Shown: positions 1 through 8,734 of the stretch, piece after piece
Layout: every line of letters starts with the position of its first letter
How positions within the stretch are numbered: position 1 is the first letter of the stretch
DNA from: Candidatus Altimarinota bacterium
GTDB taxonomy: Bacteria; Patescibacteriota; Gracilibacteria; CAIRYL01
Assembly (NCBI GenBank): GCA_965250085.1
Contig: OZ252287.1
Coordinates: forward strand, 832,001 to 896,000
Length of the DNA stretch: 64,000 bases
Reading direction: 5' to 3'
Program-made: the position numbers and the translations under genes
The notes under the pieces: generated by a model
Told to the model about the DNA's origin: nothing
What the model saw: the letters and a program-made list of their open reading frames with translations, nothing else
Databases searched by the model: none

Positions 1-388
1 CCCAGTATTGTTCCAATTTCCAAGAAAAGAGAAGGAACCCCGTTCCCAGCGTGAAGATGAGGAGAACGATTGCTCGTGAGAAAAATATTTCTCTACGAAA
101 AAAGAAAAGGAGAACAAAAAGCATTGTGCCCCCAAGAGATGAAAGAGAGGCACTCCGCAATATGTCTCCCCAATTTTTTTCCCGTAAAGAGTATTTGCCT
201 CCCCATACCAAAAGGAATATCCATACGGGTGTGATCCATAAAGCATTTTCGAGATACGACCTAAAAGGAAAGTCTGGACGATCAAAACTTCCGAGGCGCA
301 AGTAAAACGCTCCTATAAATGCTGCAAGTATCAGAAAAATATCGAGAGCAAAGAAAAAGAGCTTTTGTTTGAGAAGAGGTTTGTACAT
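1..388 (-). CDS. N-terminal membrane domain of a WcaJ/WbaP-like sugar transferase (runs off window edge)
   Basis: Not in the ORF track. Manual translation from ATG 388: MYKPLLKQKLFFFALDIFLILAAFIGAFYLRLG...FFSRAIVLLIF, about four TM helices with the D..l...a..lR and SR motifs typical of these domains. Confidence 0.65.
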   Translation of the reverse strand, partial: MYKPLLKQKLFFFALDIFLILAAFIGAFYLRLGSFDRPDFPFRSYLENALWITPVWIFLLVWGGKYSLREKNWGDILRSASLSSLGGTMLFVLLFFFRREIFFSRAIVLLIFTLGTGFLLFSWKLEQYW

Positions 389-399
389 TCCAGAACTTT

Positions 400-2109
400 T
401 TAAGAGACTTCTGCTAAGTAGCACTCTTCGCAGTATACCGTCTTTGATCTCGTAGGGGAACCTGTCCGCCGCAATCCCACAATTCGGGACGAAGGCGGGT
501 ATGTGGTCTGTATCCCTTTCTGACACTTGTCACACGTCCCTGAGTAAAGCTTTCTAGAATTTCTGAGAACCATTCTTCTTTTATGTCGTGCGTCTGGATG
601 TAAATGAGGAACTGGCAAGTTCATTTTTCTATAGAATTCTAATTCTGATTTTTGGATTTTAAAAAGCTTTCCTGTTTTTTCACATTCGATTGCCCAGTTC
701 AAGATATTATCGGGGATATTGACTATACTCTCTGGAAGTTTTTGAGCAGGGATCTTTTGAGTGACATCTGAGAAATTTGTCTCTTCTTCCTCTTTCCATT
801 TCCATCCTTTCTGGAGAACTTCTTCCTGGGTAAGAGGAAAATATTCATGAGCAGTCGTTTCATTGTATCCAAATGGTGAAAGATGCTGAGGAAAAAATTC
901 TCCCCATTCCCTTGTTTGTTTCATATGTTCTATAATCTTCGGCACCAGCTTTTTATATTCTTCCTTCGTGTACTGTTTGTTCAGAATGCAGTGATCCTTA
1001 TGCCGCATACCAATACAACCGAAAAGATATGATGCACCTTGCGGGCAAATTTGAGAATAATAAATATCATGTGATTCCCACACATTTTCACAGAAAAAAG
1101 TACGATAAGCATTATACCCCCCCACAGAACACTCGTAAGATTCATCTATTCCCATTCCAAAATAGGTAACATCATAATTTCCAAAACTTACCTTATCGCC
1201 CTTTTTTAAATCAGAGCAATATCGGGAATTTTCCAAATATTCGCAGTCAAAACAAGAAAAGCAGTTTTTTGTTTGCACCAGATAATCACCCGTAGAATTT
1301 TCTGTGTTTTTTTCCTGCATCCATTTCATGAAGTGTTCTGAACGGAATTTTTGAAAGCCTTGCCAAATACCCTGAAGAGATTTCTCCTTTTTGATTTTCG
1401 AGACCTCCTCTCTATATTTTTCCGGAGAGAGTTTTTTGTTAAAGAAATGATGACTCTTGTTTCGCAAATTGACGCACCCAAAGCAATTTTTACAGCCAAT
1501 AAGATTTTCGGAAAAATGACATTCATCTGAATTATGAGAATCAACAAGAAACGTGCAAAAAGAACAATTCGTACAATTGAGACATTCATAGCATCCCTGA
1601 CAGTCATATATTTTAAATGAGTCCACTGAGTCAAAACACCTATTGACTCCTTTTCCATACAGGCATTGTTCAGATTCATCAGAATTTACAAGTAAATAAC
1701 AATTTTTAAGCCATCCGGCATGATTGCAATAGTCAGAATTTTCCATAGTGGAACTGAGCACTGCGAGAGAGAAATGAGGCACTTGGTTGCAAAGATCATT
1801 GAATTGATCAAAAAAAGAACGGGTAAAATCAAAATCTCTCCCATATTCAAGCGGATCCCATTTATCACTCCACCAGCAATCTGGGCAATACACTGGAAAC
1901 TGAACTTTTGCATCGTACATAGAAATTATTCTCTTTTTGCAAAGGTCACATGTTCGGTGATACATCTTCCTCTCATTTCGCCACACCATTCGCCGTTGCA
2001 TGCGACACGATGGACAATGAGTTGGCTCTGGAACGTTTGTTTTTCTATAAAACTCCTGATCTTCAGGAAAGATCTGAAAATCTTCTGAGCATTGGACACA
2101 CTTTTTCAT
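400..2109 (-). CDS. Cys-rich zinc-ribbon/repeat protein, paralog 1 (CPR multicopy family, function unknown)
   Basis: 569 aa; CxxC pairs at both termini, central Cys-rich repeats, two GCxxL/MRxK..xxNK.Y/L..EEY-like modules. Confidence 0.85.
   Translation of the reverse strand: MKKCVQCSEDFQIFPEDQEFYRKTNVPEPTHCPSCRMQRRMVWRNERKMYHRTCDLCKKRIISMYDAKVQFPVYCPDCWWSDKWDPLEYGRDFDFTRSFFDQFNDLCNQVPHFSLAVLSSTMENSDYCNHAGWLKNCYLLVNSDESEQCLYGKGVNRCFDSVDSFKIYDCQGCYECLNCTNCSFCTFLVDSHNSDECHFSENLIGCKNCFGCVNLRNKSHHFFNKKLSPEKYREEVSKIKKEKSLQGIWQGFQKFRSEHFMKWMQEKNTENSTGDYLVQTKNCFSCFDCEYLENSRYCSDLKKGDKVSFGNYDVTYFGMGIDESYECSVGGYNAYRTFFCENVWESHDIYYSQICPQGASYLFGCIGMRHKDHCILNKQYTKEEYKKLVPKIIEHMKQTREWGEFFPQHLSPFGYNETTAHEYFPLTQEEVLQKGWKWKEEEETNFSDVTQKIPAQKLPESIVNIPDNILNWAIECEKTGKLFKIQKSELEFYRKMNLPVPHLHPDARHKRRMVLRNSRKLYSGTCDKCQKGIQTTYPPSSRIVGLRRTGSPTRSKTVYCEECYLAEVS
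460..498. repeat. 39-bp nested palindromic element inserted in frame in paralog 1
   Basis: Outer ccgcc/ggcgg arms, inner tccc/ggga arms; encodes PPSSRIVGLRRTG, absent from paralogs 2 and 3. Confidence 0.75.
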
Positions 2110-2127
2110 ATGAGTACTGTACCTCTA

Positions 2128-2158
2128 TTAATATACTTCTTTCAAATAACACTCTTCG
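2128..2158 (-). pseudogene. Relic 3' end of a Cys-rich paralog (EECYLKEVY*)
   Basis: Reverse complement reads C GAA GAG TGT TAT TTG AAA GAA GTA TAT TAA; shares a 13-bp direct repeat with 2201-2213. Confidence 0.75.
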
Positions 2159-2181
2159 TCCTTCGACTTCGCTCAGGATGA
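2158..2181 (-). repeat. Short repeat TCATCCTGAGCGAAGTCGAAGGAC (TGAGC-N2/3-GTCGAA family)
   Basis: Same core as the in-frame insert at 2660-2707. Confidence 0.7.
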
Positions 2182-2182
2182 A

Positions 2183-3913
2183 TCAGTATACCTCTGCAAG
2201 ATAACACTCTTCGCAGTATATCGTCTCAGGTCTTTCTGGGGAATAGGTGGTTTGTATCGATTTTTGACACTTATCACATTTTCTTTCCCAAATTTTTGCA
2301 GGATTTCTCAGAGCAAGTCTTTTGTGATGCCGTATATCTGGATGAAGATGCGGAATAGGGAGGTCCATTTTTCTATAAAATTCGAGTTCGCCTTTTTGAA
2401 TCTTAAAAAATCTTCCTGATTCTTCGCATTCTATCGCCCAGTTCAGAATATCATCTGGGATATCTGCTATACTCTCTGGAAGTTTTTGAGCGGGAATATT
2501 TTTAGTGACATCTGAGAAGCCTGGCTCTTCTTCCTCTTTCCATTTCCATCCTTTCTGGAGAACTTCTTCCTTGGTAAGAGGAAAATATTCATGGGCAATA
2601 GTTTCGTTATACGCAAACGGCGATATGGATATCGGGAAATACTCTCCCCATTCCCCTGCCTGCCCTGAGTTTGCTTGCAGTGAGCTTGTCGAACCTGTCG
2701 AATGGATCTCCTGCATATGCTTTGCTATTTTTGCAGCGAGTTGATGGTATTCTTCTTTGGAATATTGTTTATTCAGAATACAATATTTTTGATTTTTGAG
2801 TCCTACGCAGGCAAAAAGATCATGACTGTGATGACAGTCTCGAGAGTAATAGATATTGTGGCAATACCATGTAAAAAAACAAGCGATACAGTCTTCTAGT
2901 CCTACAGCCGAACACACATTATAGCAAAATTTATTTCCATCTGGAGCACAAAAATTACAATCGTAACTTCTTACTGTTCTGGGCACAAATCCCATATATT
3001 TCGAATCTTCACACTCATTACAATCAAAACATTCAAGGCAATTTTTTGAGTTATAAATGCTTTCGCCTGTACAATTTTCACTATTATAAATATGTGAGGA
3101 CACATGAGGTAATTCCGCTTTGAGCTCATTAAGTCCGTTTTTTAAAGAGAATATCTTCTTTTGAGTAAGATTCACATACTCTTGTGCAAATCGTTTATAG
3201 TCTTGTTTTGAATATTGGGTATTAAAAACACAGTATTGCTTATTTCTCAGTCCAAAGCAGCCAATACAATTTTTACATGCTGAACAATCCTCCACCATAA
3301 GACACTCGCTGCAATTGCGACAATTGGTAAAGAATTTGCATCCATGGCACTTTTCTGAAGAAACTCCTTCGTAACTGAGTTCCGAAGAATATACTGCTAA
3401 CCCATCAAATACATCCTTTGAATCGACGATAAATTTTCCGTTCATACAGTCTTCATTATTTCCCGCTCCGAATATGAGATAGCAGTTTTTTTGATTGAGG
3501 GCAAAATTGGTGTAATAGCTATTTTCTACATTCGTCGTATAGAGAGAGGCATGTGGCACGTCTGCATAGAGTTCTTGTATCTGCTGGGTTGTTGTTTTTG
3601 AAAAATCAAAATTACGACCATAATCAAGTCCGCTCCATTCATCTCCCCACCACACCTCTTGATCATATACTATATATGGAGTATCTGGAGAATAAATGGA
3701 AATGATTGATCTTCCTGTAGCATCACACTTTCGTTGATAAAGTTTCCGTTCATTGCGAAAGGCTATTCTGTTTTGATATCGACATTCGGGGCATTTTTTG
3801 GGTGATAAAATATTAAATTTTTGACCAGCAAACACCGGAGAGATCTTGTCATAAAACTTCAGATCTTCTTTCGTGACCTCAAAATCTGCTGAGCACTGTG
3901 TACAGGTTTTCAT
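2183..3913 (-). CDS. Cys-rich zinc-ribbon/repeat protein, paralog 2
   Basis: 576 aa; same architecture as paralog 1, MKTCTQC...YCEECYLAEVY. Confidence 0.85.
   Translation of the reverse strand: MKTCTQCSADFEVTKEDLKFYDKISPVFAGQKFNILSPKKCPECRYQNRIAFRNERKLYQRKCDATGRSIISIYSPDTPYIVYDQEVWWGDEWSGLDYGRNFDFSKTTTQQIQELYADVPHASLYTTNVENSYYTNFALNQKNCYLIFGAGNNEDCMNGKFIVDSKDVFDGLAVYSSELSYEGVSSEKCHGCKFFTNCRNCSECLMVEDCSACKNCIGCFGLRNKQYCVFNTQYSKQDYKRFAQEYVNLTQKKIFSLKNGLNELKAELPHVSSHIYNSENCTGESIYNSKNCLECFDCNECEDSKYMGFVPRTVRSYDCNFCAPDGNKFCYNVCSAVGLEDCIACFFTWYCHNIYYSRDCHHSHDLFACVGLKNQKYCILNKQYSKEEYHQLAAKIAKHMQEIHSTGSTSSLQANSGQAGEWGEYFPISISPFAYNETIAHEYFPLTKEEVLQKGWKWKEEEEPGFSDVTKNIPAQKLPESIADIPDDILNWAIECEESGRFFKIQKGELEFYRKMDLPIPHLHPDIRHHKRLALRNPAKIWERKCDKCQKSIQTTYSPERPETIYCEECYLAEVY
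2660..2707 (+). repeat. 48-bp nested TGAGC..GTCGAA repeat inserted in frame in paralog 2
   Basis: ctgccctgagtt-[tgcttgcagtgagcttgtcgaacc]-tgtcgaatggat; encodes IHSTGSTSSLQANSGQ, absent from paralogs 1 and 3. Confidence 0.75.
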
Positions 3914-3934
3914 AGGATGAGAGTATCAAAGAAG

Positions 3935-4016
3935 CTCCTCCTTGAAAAGGAAGGTTGGGTGGGTTTATTTTTAAGAAAGGCCCAAAAAACCCTTAATCCC
4001 TCTTTGCCAGGGGGGA
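3935..4016. repeat. Paired CCCTCTTT..AAAGAGGG-type intergenic hairpin repeat
   Basis: ctcctccttgaaaaggaaggttgggtgggttt ... aaacccttaatccctctttgccagggggg; related to copies at 7589, 30752, 31576, 56773 and 62916. Confidence 0.6.
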
Positions 4017-4020
4017 AAGA

Positions 4021-5673
4021 TTAATACACTTCTTTCAGATACGCTTCCTCAGAATATACCTTTTCCGGTCGCTTAGGAGAGTATGTGGTCCAAATCTCTT
4101 TCCCTGTTTTTGTGCACTTTCGTTGCCAAAGCTTCCGTGGAGTTCTGAGTGCCATACGATGCTGATGCCGTATCTCTGGATGAAGATGTGGAATGGGAAG
4201 ATTCATTTTGCGATGAAATTCGAGTTCTTCTTTTTGAATCTTGAAGAGTCTTTGAGATTCTGAACATTCGAGTGCCCAATTTAAGATATCGTCAGGAATA
4301 TCTGAAATTTTATCGGGGAGTTTGGAGGCAGGAATACGTTTGGTAACATGAGAAAGTTCTTGCTCCGGAATATCTTTCCAAGTATATCCTTGCTCAGTAG
4401 CTTCTTTTTGAGAAATAGGAAAATACTCATGAGCAACTGTTTCATTATATCCCCAAGGGGAAAGTAATGCGGGGAAAAATTCTCCATATTCCTTTGTGTG
4501 CTTCATATACTCAATAATTTTTGGAAGAAGCTCTTCATATTCCTCTTTTGAATATTGTTTATTCAGAATGCAGTATTTTCCATGATTGAGACCAATGCAT
4601 CCAAATATATGATCAGAGTTGTTGCATTGATCTGAGTAGTAGGTTTCATGACAATAGTGGCTCGCCATACAAAATGCAGAAAATCGCATGTTGAGTGTAC
4701 TAATGAGCTCACATGCCATTTCTGGTTTGTAGAGGGAATAGTTGAGGTCATATGAGGTCTTGGCATCCAAAACATCATACAAATAACTGCAGTCTTCTGA
4801 ATTCGTAACATTGAATGCGTAATAACAATTTTTAGAATTCTGTATATTATTCCCCATACAGTTTTCTGAATTTAAGATATACATATCTCTATGGATTGCC
4901 TGTTGCATCTGCTCTTTCCAAATTTTGAGATATTTCTGAGTCTCAGAAAAAGATCCTGATTTCATCTCTTCTTGTCTTTTGTGATATTCCTCTTTTGAAT
5001 ACGGTTTATTCAAGATGTAATATTTCTTGTTTCTGAGATTTGTAGAAAAAAGACAGTCTTTGCATCCTTTGAGATCAAAACAAAACGAACAATCATTACA
5101 ATTTTCCATATGCATGCTGTACCGCACATTATAACAGGTATAACAGAGGAGGGATTCATAACACAGCTCCGAATGGTATGCAAATATGCAGTCTACACAG
5201 TTTTTAGAATACTTCGTAAACAGATTATAATAGCAGTCTTCATTTGCCTCTCCAGCAATATCGAGATAACAATTTTTATCATCTCCACAGTAATTGCAAT
5301 AATAACTGTTTTGACAATTGACAATATCAATCCCCAGACGGGGCACCTTCGTCATCAGATCTTTGAACTGCTCAAAGAAAGGACGGGAAAAATCAACGTC
5401 CTGTCCATAATCAAGTGGGTTCCACTTGTCTCCATACCATTCATCAGGATGGTACACCGGAAATACCGTGTGAGGTGGATATATAGATACAAAAGATTTT
5501 CCACTGAGGCTGCATTTTCGCTTAGAAAAACTGCGATCATTCCTCCATGCCATTCGTCTGCGTACGCGACATTCTGCGCAATGCGTTGGAGCAGAGATCT
5601 GCATTCGCTCGTAAAATTTCTGATCTTCAGAAGCAATATGAAACTCAGCCGAACACTGAACACAGGTTTTCAT
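4021..5673 (-). CDS. Cys-rich zinc-ribbon/repeat protein, paralog 3
   Basis: 550 aa; same architecture; C-terminal CxxC pairs degenerate (CTKT, SEEA). Confidence 0.85.
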   Translation of the reverse strand: MKTCVQCSAEFHIASEDQKFYERMQISAPTHCAECRVRRRMAWRNDRSFSKRKCSLSGKSFVSIYPPHTVFPVYHPDEWYGDKWNPLDYGQDVDFSRPFFEQFKDLMTKVPRLGIDIVNCQNSYYCNYCGDDKNCYLDIAGEANEDCYYNLFTKYSKNCVDCIFAYHSELCYESLLCYTCYNVRYSMHMENCNDCSFCFDLKGCKDCLFSTNLRNKKYYILNKPYSKEEYHKRQEEMKSGSFSETQKYLKIWKEQMQQAIHRDMYILNSENCMGNNIQNSKNCYYAFNVTNSEDCSYLYDVLDAKTSYDLNYSLYKPEMACELISTLNMRFSAFCMASHYCHETYYSDQCNNSDHIFGCIGLNHGKYCILNKQYSKEEYEELLPKIIEYMKHTKEYGEFFPALLSPWGYNETVAHEYFPISQKEATEQGYTWKDIPEQELSHVTKRIPASKLPDKISDIPDDILNWALECSESQRLFKIQKEELEFHRKMNLPIPHLHPEIRHQHRMALRTPRKLWQRKCTKTGKEIWTTYSPKRPEKVYSEEAYLKEVY

Positions 5674-5739
5674 GATTGGTTGCTTATGAAGCAGAGTATC
5701 AAAAGGATGTCCTTTCTGTCACTACGACCCTGAACTTGT

Positions 5740-7488
5740 TTACGATGAATCTGTCCTTGAATCGTCCACCATTTGTACCTGTATCTCTTCCGGAAAAAAC
5801 GTTTTCAAATGATCAACTACAGCCGCTACCTGTTCTTCTACTTGTTTTGCTGCCTCTGCTCCTTGATTTTGATGCACTTCTTTCTGCAATTCCAGGATTA
5901 CCTTCCCTTTGTCGATAACAATCCTGCTCACTCTGAATATTATGCCATTGGGTGGCAAAATCGAGCTTGTAACATAGTATTCTAAGACATTGGCGAATAA
6001 CTCTTGAGTATGCTCATCGTCCCTAGCCGTCTCGTGATGAAGGATCCAGTGCATGACTTTCTGCACATACATTTTACTATCATCCCCTTTTAGATATGTT
6101 GCGTGAATATTTAGACCTTCTGGGACAACCTCATTCGCTGGAATAATTTCAACCAATTCTGCAAGAGCAAGAAATGCTCGTGCAGCAATTCCACAAGCAA
6201 CATAGTGCCTTCCAAAACTCTCTCTTTTCTGGAGTAAAAGCGCAATCGCTGTTTGTATTTCTACTATTGCTTTATCAGTGTCCGAACCCCATTTGAGGCT
6301 CTCGTGGAGAACTTCATTGCTTCTGTCCCGAAAAATTGCAGAAGGCAAGTTTACTACGACATCAGCAGTCCAATGTCTGATGTTTTCGGCGGTTCTGATT
6401 TCATGATTCACGGCGAATGGAGCAATCTCTTCAACGCTTTCTACCTCCCAGTCTTCGCCATATGTAACTATATTGTGTTCAAATCTAATAGTGCGAATAT
6501 TTAATGCCTTACAATCGTCTCTATCGAGAGTGGCTAATAACTCCTCCTGTTCTGCCTTTTGCAATCTACTTATAACAACACCAAAAACTCTATATGGGTC
6601 AGGATGTTTGAAACACTCTTCCAATAAAGTTTTTACAAGATTTTCTTTGCTTCTTAGGAGAGCTCGGACAGAGCCTTGTGCTCTGCCTGATATTGCACTC
6701 TCGCCTGGAAGGCCATTTCTTTTGGCAAACGTGGGTCGACCTGATTCATCATCAGCTCCCTGTACATAGATTTTCCCAAGAGAGAATCTGCTAAGTGAGT
6801 CAGCAAGGCTTTCTACCGTTATTTGTAAGCTTCCATCCCCTTTATATTGTTCTACTCTGACCACAGCTCCCTCTGTATTCACTGATACACTTTTTACTTG
6901 TTCTTCATCAGCTAGATAGCCTTCTAGGGTATCCTGAAAAAGTATTCTGATTTCTCCTGACTGTAGAAGGTATAAATTTTGCAACATGAGCTTCATTACT
7001 TGGTCTTTCTTGTCTTTCCAAATAGCTACTATCATTTCTTGGCGGGTTTGTGCTGAAACTTCTAACTCTGGAAGGAGGTCGAAAAGGCCTGAAAGTGCTA
7101 TTTTTCCTAAGTGTTCTTGAAAGAGATGTCTGTAATTGTTTATGTCTGACATATCACAATATTCGTGAACAGCCTTTATTGCGTTTCCTACATCGTCTCT
7201 ATGTTGATCAAGAATAGCTTGTATTGCTTCCCTCTCACTTGACGCTTGTTTGATTTTCTCTCGCATCTCTGTAATAGCTTCAGAAGGTATTCCTGTTCCA
7301 CCTTTTTCTAATCCATAAGTTCCCATATCTCCTTGTGATGTAATCGTAGCTTCTAATTTAGCTATTTCTTCTGGATAAATTTCTTCAGTTGATTTTCTTG
7401 ATTCAATAAGCCCGTTAAGCATTTCTTTCGCCTTTGACACGTATGACAAATTATTTATTGTCCTCTTTTGTGTGGCGGTTTCTGACAT
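5740..7488 (-). CDS. Hypothetical protein, about 582 aa, acidic and helical
   Basis: Long ORF; start placed at ATG 7488 (MSETAT); no recognisable motif. Confidence 0.7.
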   Translation of the reverse strand: MSETATQKRTINNLSYVSKAKEMLNGLIESRKSTEEIYPEEIAKLEATITSQGDMGTYGLEKGGTGIPSEAITEMREKIKQASSEREAIQAILDQHRDDVGNAIKAVHEYCDMSDINNYRHLFQEHLGKIALSGLFDLLPELEVSAQTRQEMIVAIWKDKKDQVMKLMLQNLYLLQSGEIRILFQDTLEGYLADEEQVKSVSVNTEGAVVRVEQYKGDGSLQITVESLADSLSRFSLGKIYVQGADDESGRPTFAKRNGLPGESAISGRAQGSVRALLRSKENLVKTLLEECFKHPDPYRVFGVVISRLQKAEQEELLATLDRDDCKALNIRTIRFEHNIVTYGEDWEVESVEEIAPFAVNHEIRTAENIRHWTADVVVNLPSAIFRDRSNEVLHESLKWGSDTDKAIVEIQTAIALLLQKRESFGRHYVACGIAARAFLALAELVEIIPANEVVPEGLNIHATYLKGDDSKMYVQKVMHWILHHETARDDEHTQELFANVLEYYVTSSILPPNGIIFRVSRIVIDKGKVILELQKEVHQNQGAEAAKQVEEQVAAVVDHLKTFFPEEIQVQMVDDSRTDSS

Positions 7489-7588
7489 GTAATGTGTGGA
7501 TGAAATTGACAAAAGTGCTGCGAATATATAATGTATATAGAGAGTGGCAAATACCACCATATGGTGATAATTACCACCACTTATTTGT

Positions 7589-7623
7589 CCCCCTCTTTTT
7601 CAAAGAGGGGTTAGGGGAGATTT
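7589..7623. repeat. CCCCTCTTT..AAAGAGGGG hairpin repeat
   Basis: Reverse complement aaatctcccctaacccctctttgaaaaagagggg is nearly identical to 56773-56805. Confidence 0.75.
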
Positions 7624-7647
7624 CTTTGCTTTTGACTTTCAACTCTC

Positions 7648-8397
7648 GTGTATACTGAAATATTTCAACAAATCGGCTTGGCAAAAAATGAATCTCGTAT
7701 TTACGAGACCCTTCTCCGTGAGGGAGAGTCTTCTGTGGGTCATATTTCTACAAAATCAAAAGTGCATCGTCGCAATGTGTATGACTCCTTAAAAAGACTT
7801 ATAGAAAAAGGACTCGTGTTTGAAATCATTCAACGGAAAGAAAACCGCTATCAGGCGGTGGATCCTAATAAGCTTATGGAGCTTATTCAGGAAAAAGAAA
7901 TCAGGCTGGCAAAAGTAATGCCTCACTTGCAGGAATTGTATACAGGCACTCCCCATACAGAGGAGGTGTATATCTATCGGGGTCCTGAGGGATGGAAAAA
8001 CTATATGCGAGATATGCTCCGCATTGGCGAAGATGCATACTTTATTGGAGCCAAGGGAGGATGGTTGGACCACCGTGTGAAACATTTTTTTCCGCAGTTT
8101 ATCCGCCAGACCAAAAAGAAAAAAATGAAGTTCTATCACCTCTTTGATCATGAAGTAAAAACTCAGTGTCCAGAGATTATTCAGTATATCGGGAAGAACT
8201 ATAAATTCTTTCCTAAGGGATATTCAACTGGTGTAGCAGTCGATATCTTTGGCGATCATGTTAATATTATCTCCGAAATGAACTTGGGGGGCTTAGTCGA
8301 AGAGTTTTCTGTAACAGTTATTATAAACAAACATATTGCAGATGCATTTCGGACTTGGTTTCAGTTTATGTGGGATTTTTGCCCTGATATACAATAG
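7648..8397 (+). CDS. TrmB-family transcriptional regulator
   Basis: GL..NE..IY..LL..G.....S.VHRRNVYDSL.RL.EKGLV HTH followed by a C-terminal effector-type domain. Confidence 0.85.
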   Translation: MYTEIFQQIGLAKNESRIYETLLREGESSVGHISTKSKVHRRNVYDSLKRLIEKGLVFEIIQRKENRYQAVDPNKLMELIQEKEIRLAKVMPHLQELYTGTPHTEEVYIYRGPEGWKNYMRDMLRIGEDAYFIGAKGGWLDHRVKHFFPQFIRQTKKKKMKFYHLFDHEVKTQCPEIIQYIGKNYKFFPKGYSTGVAVDIFGDHVNIISEMNLGGLVEEFSVTVIINKHIADAFRTWFQFMWDFCPDIQ

Positions 8398-8419
8398 TTT
8401 TATTGCTTTTTTCTCTTCA

Positions 8420-8719
8420 TTAAAATGGATATATAGCAGGGTTTGCTCCGAGTTTTAAAAAGAGTTGACCGAGTAGGGAGTTAAGAAGTGCCAAGAACAA
8501 ATATGCCAAAATAGGAGAAAGGTCGAGCATTCCCAATCGTGAAAACCTGAGTTTTTGAATAGGTCTTAAAATAGGATTTGTGACATCAGTAAGGAACTGA
8601 GTGAATCTTCCACGAGGAATCGGAAACCATGAAAGAATCACTCTTAAAAAAAGAAAGAGAATGAGGAAATCTATAATATATCGACTGAAGATGGCAAGAA
8701 AATCTATAGGATTTTGCAT
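8420..8719 (-). CDS. yggT: YggT-family membrane protein
   Basis: RVILSWFP...T.PILRPI...G.LDLSP. Confidence 0.85.
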   Translation of the reverse strand: MQNPIDFLAIFSRYIIDFLILFLFLRVILSWFPIPRGRFTQFLTDVTNPILRPIQKLRFSRLGMLDLSPILAYLFLALLNSLLGQLFLKLGANPAIYPF

Positions 8720-8734
8720 GCCTGCAGTATAAAA

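Noticed and set aside
400-5673. Diversity-generating retroelement acting on the Cys-rich array
   Set aside because: No reverse transcriptase in the window, and both copies of the shared patch are coding with no adenine-specific mismatch pattern
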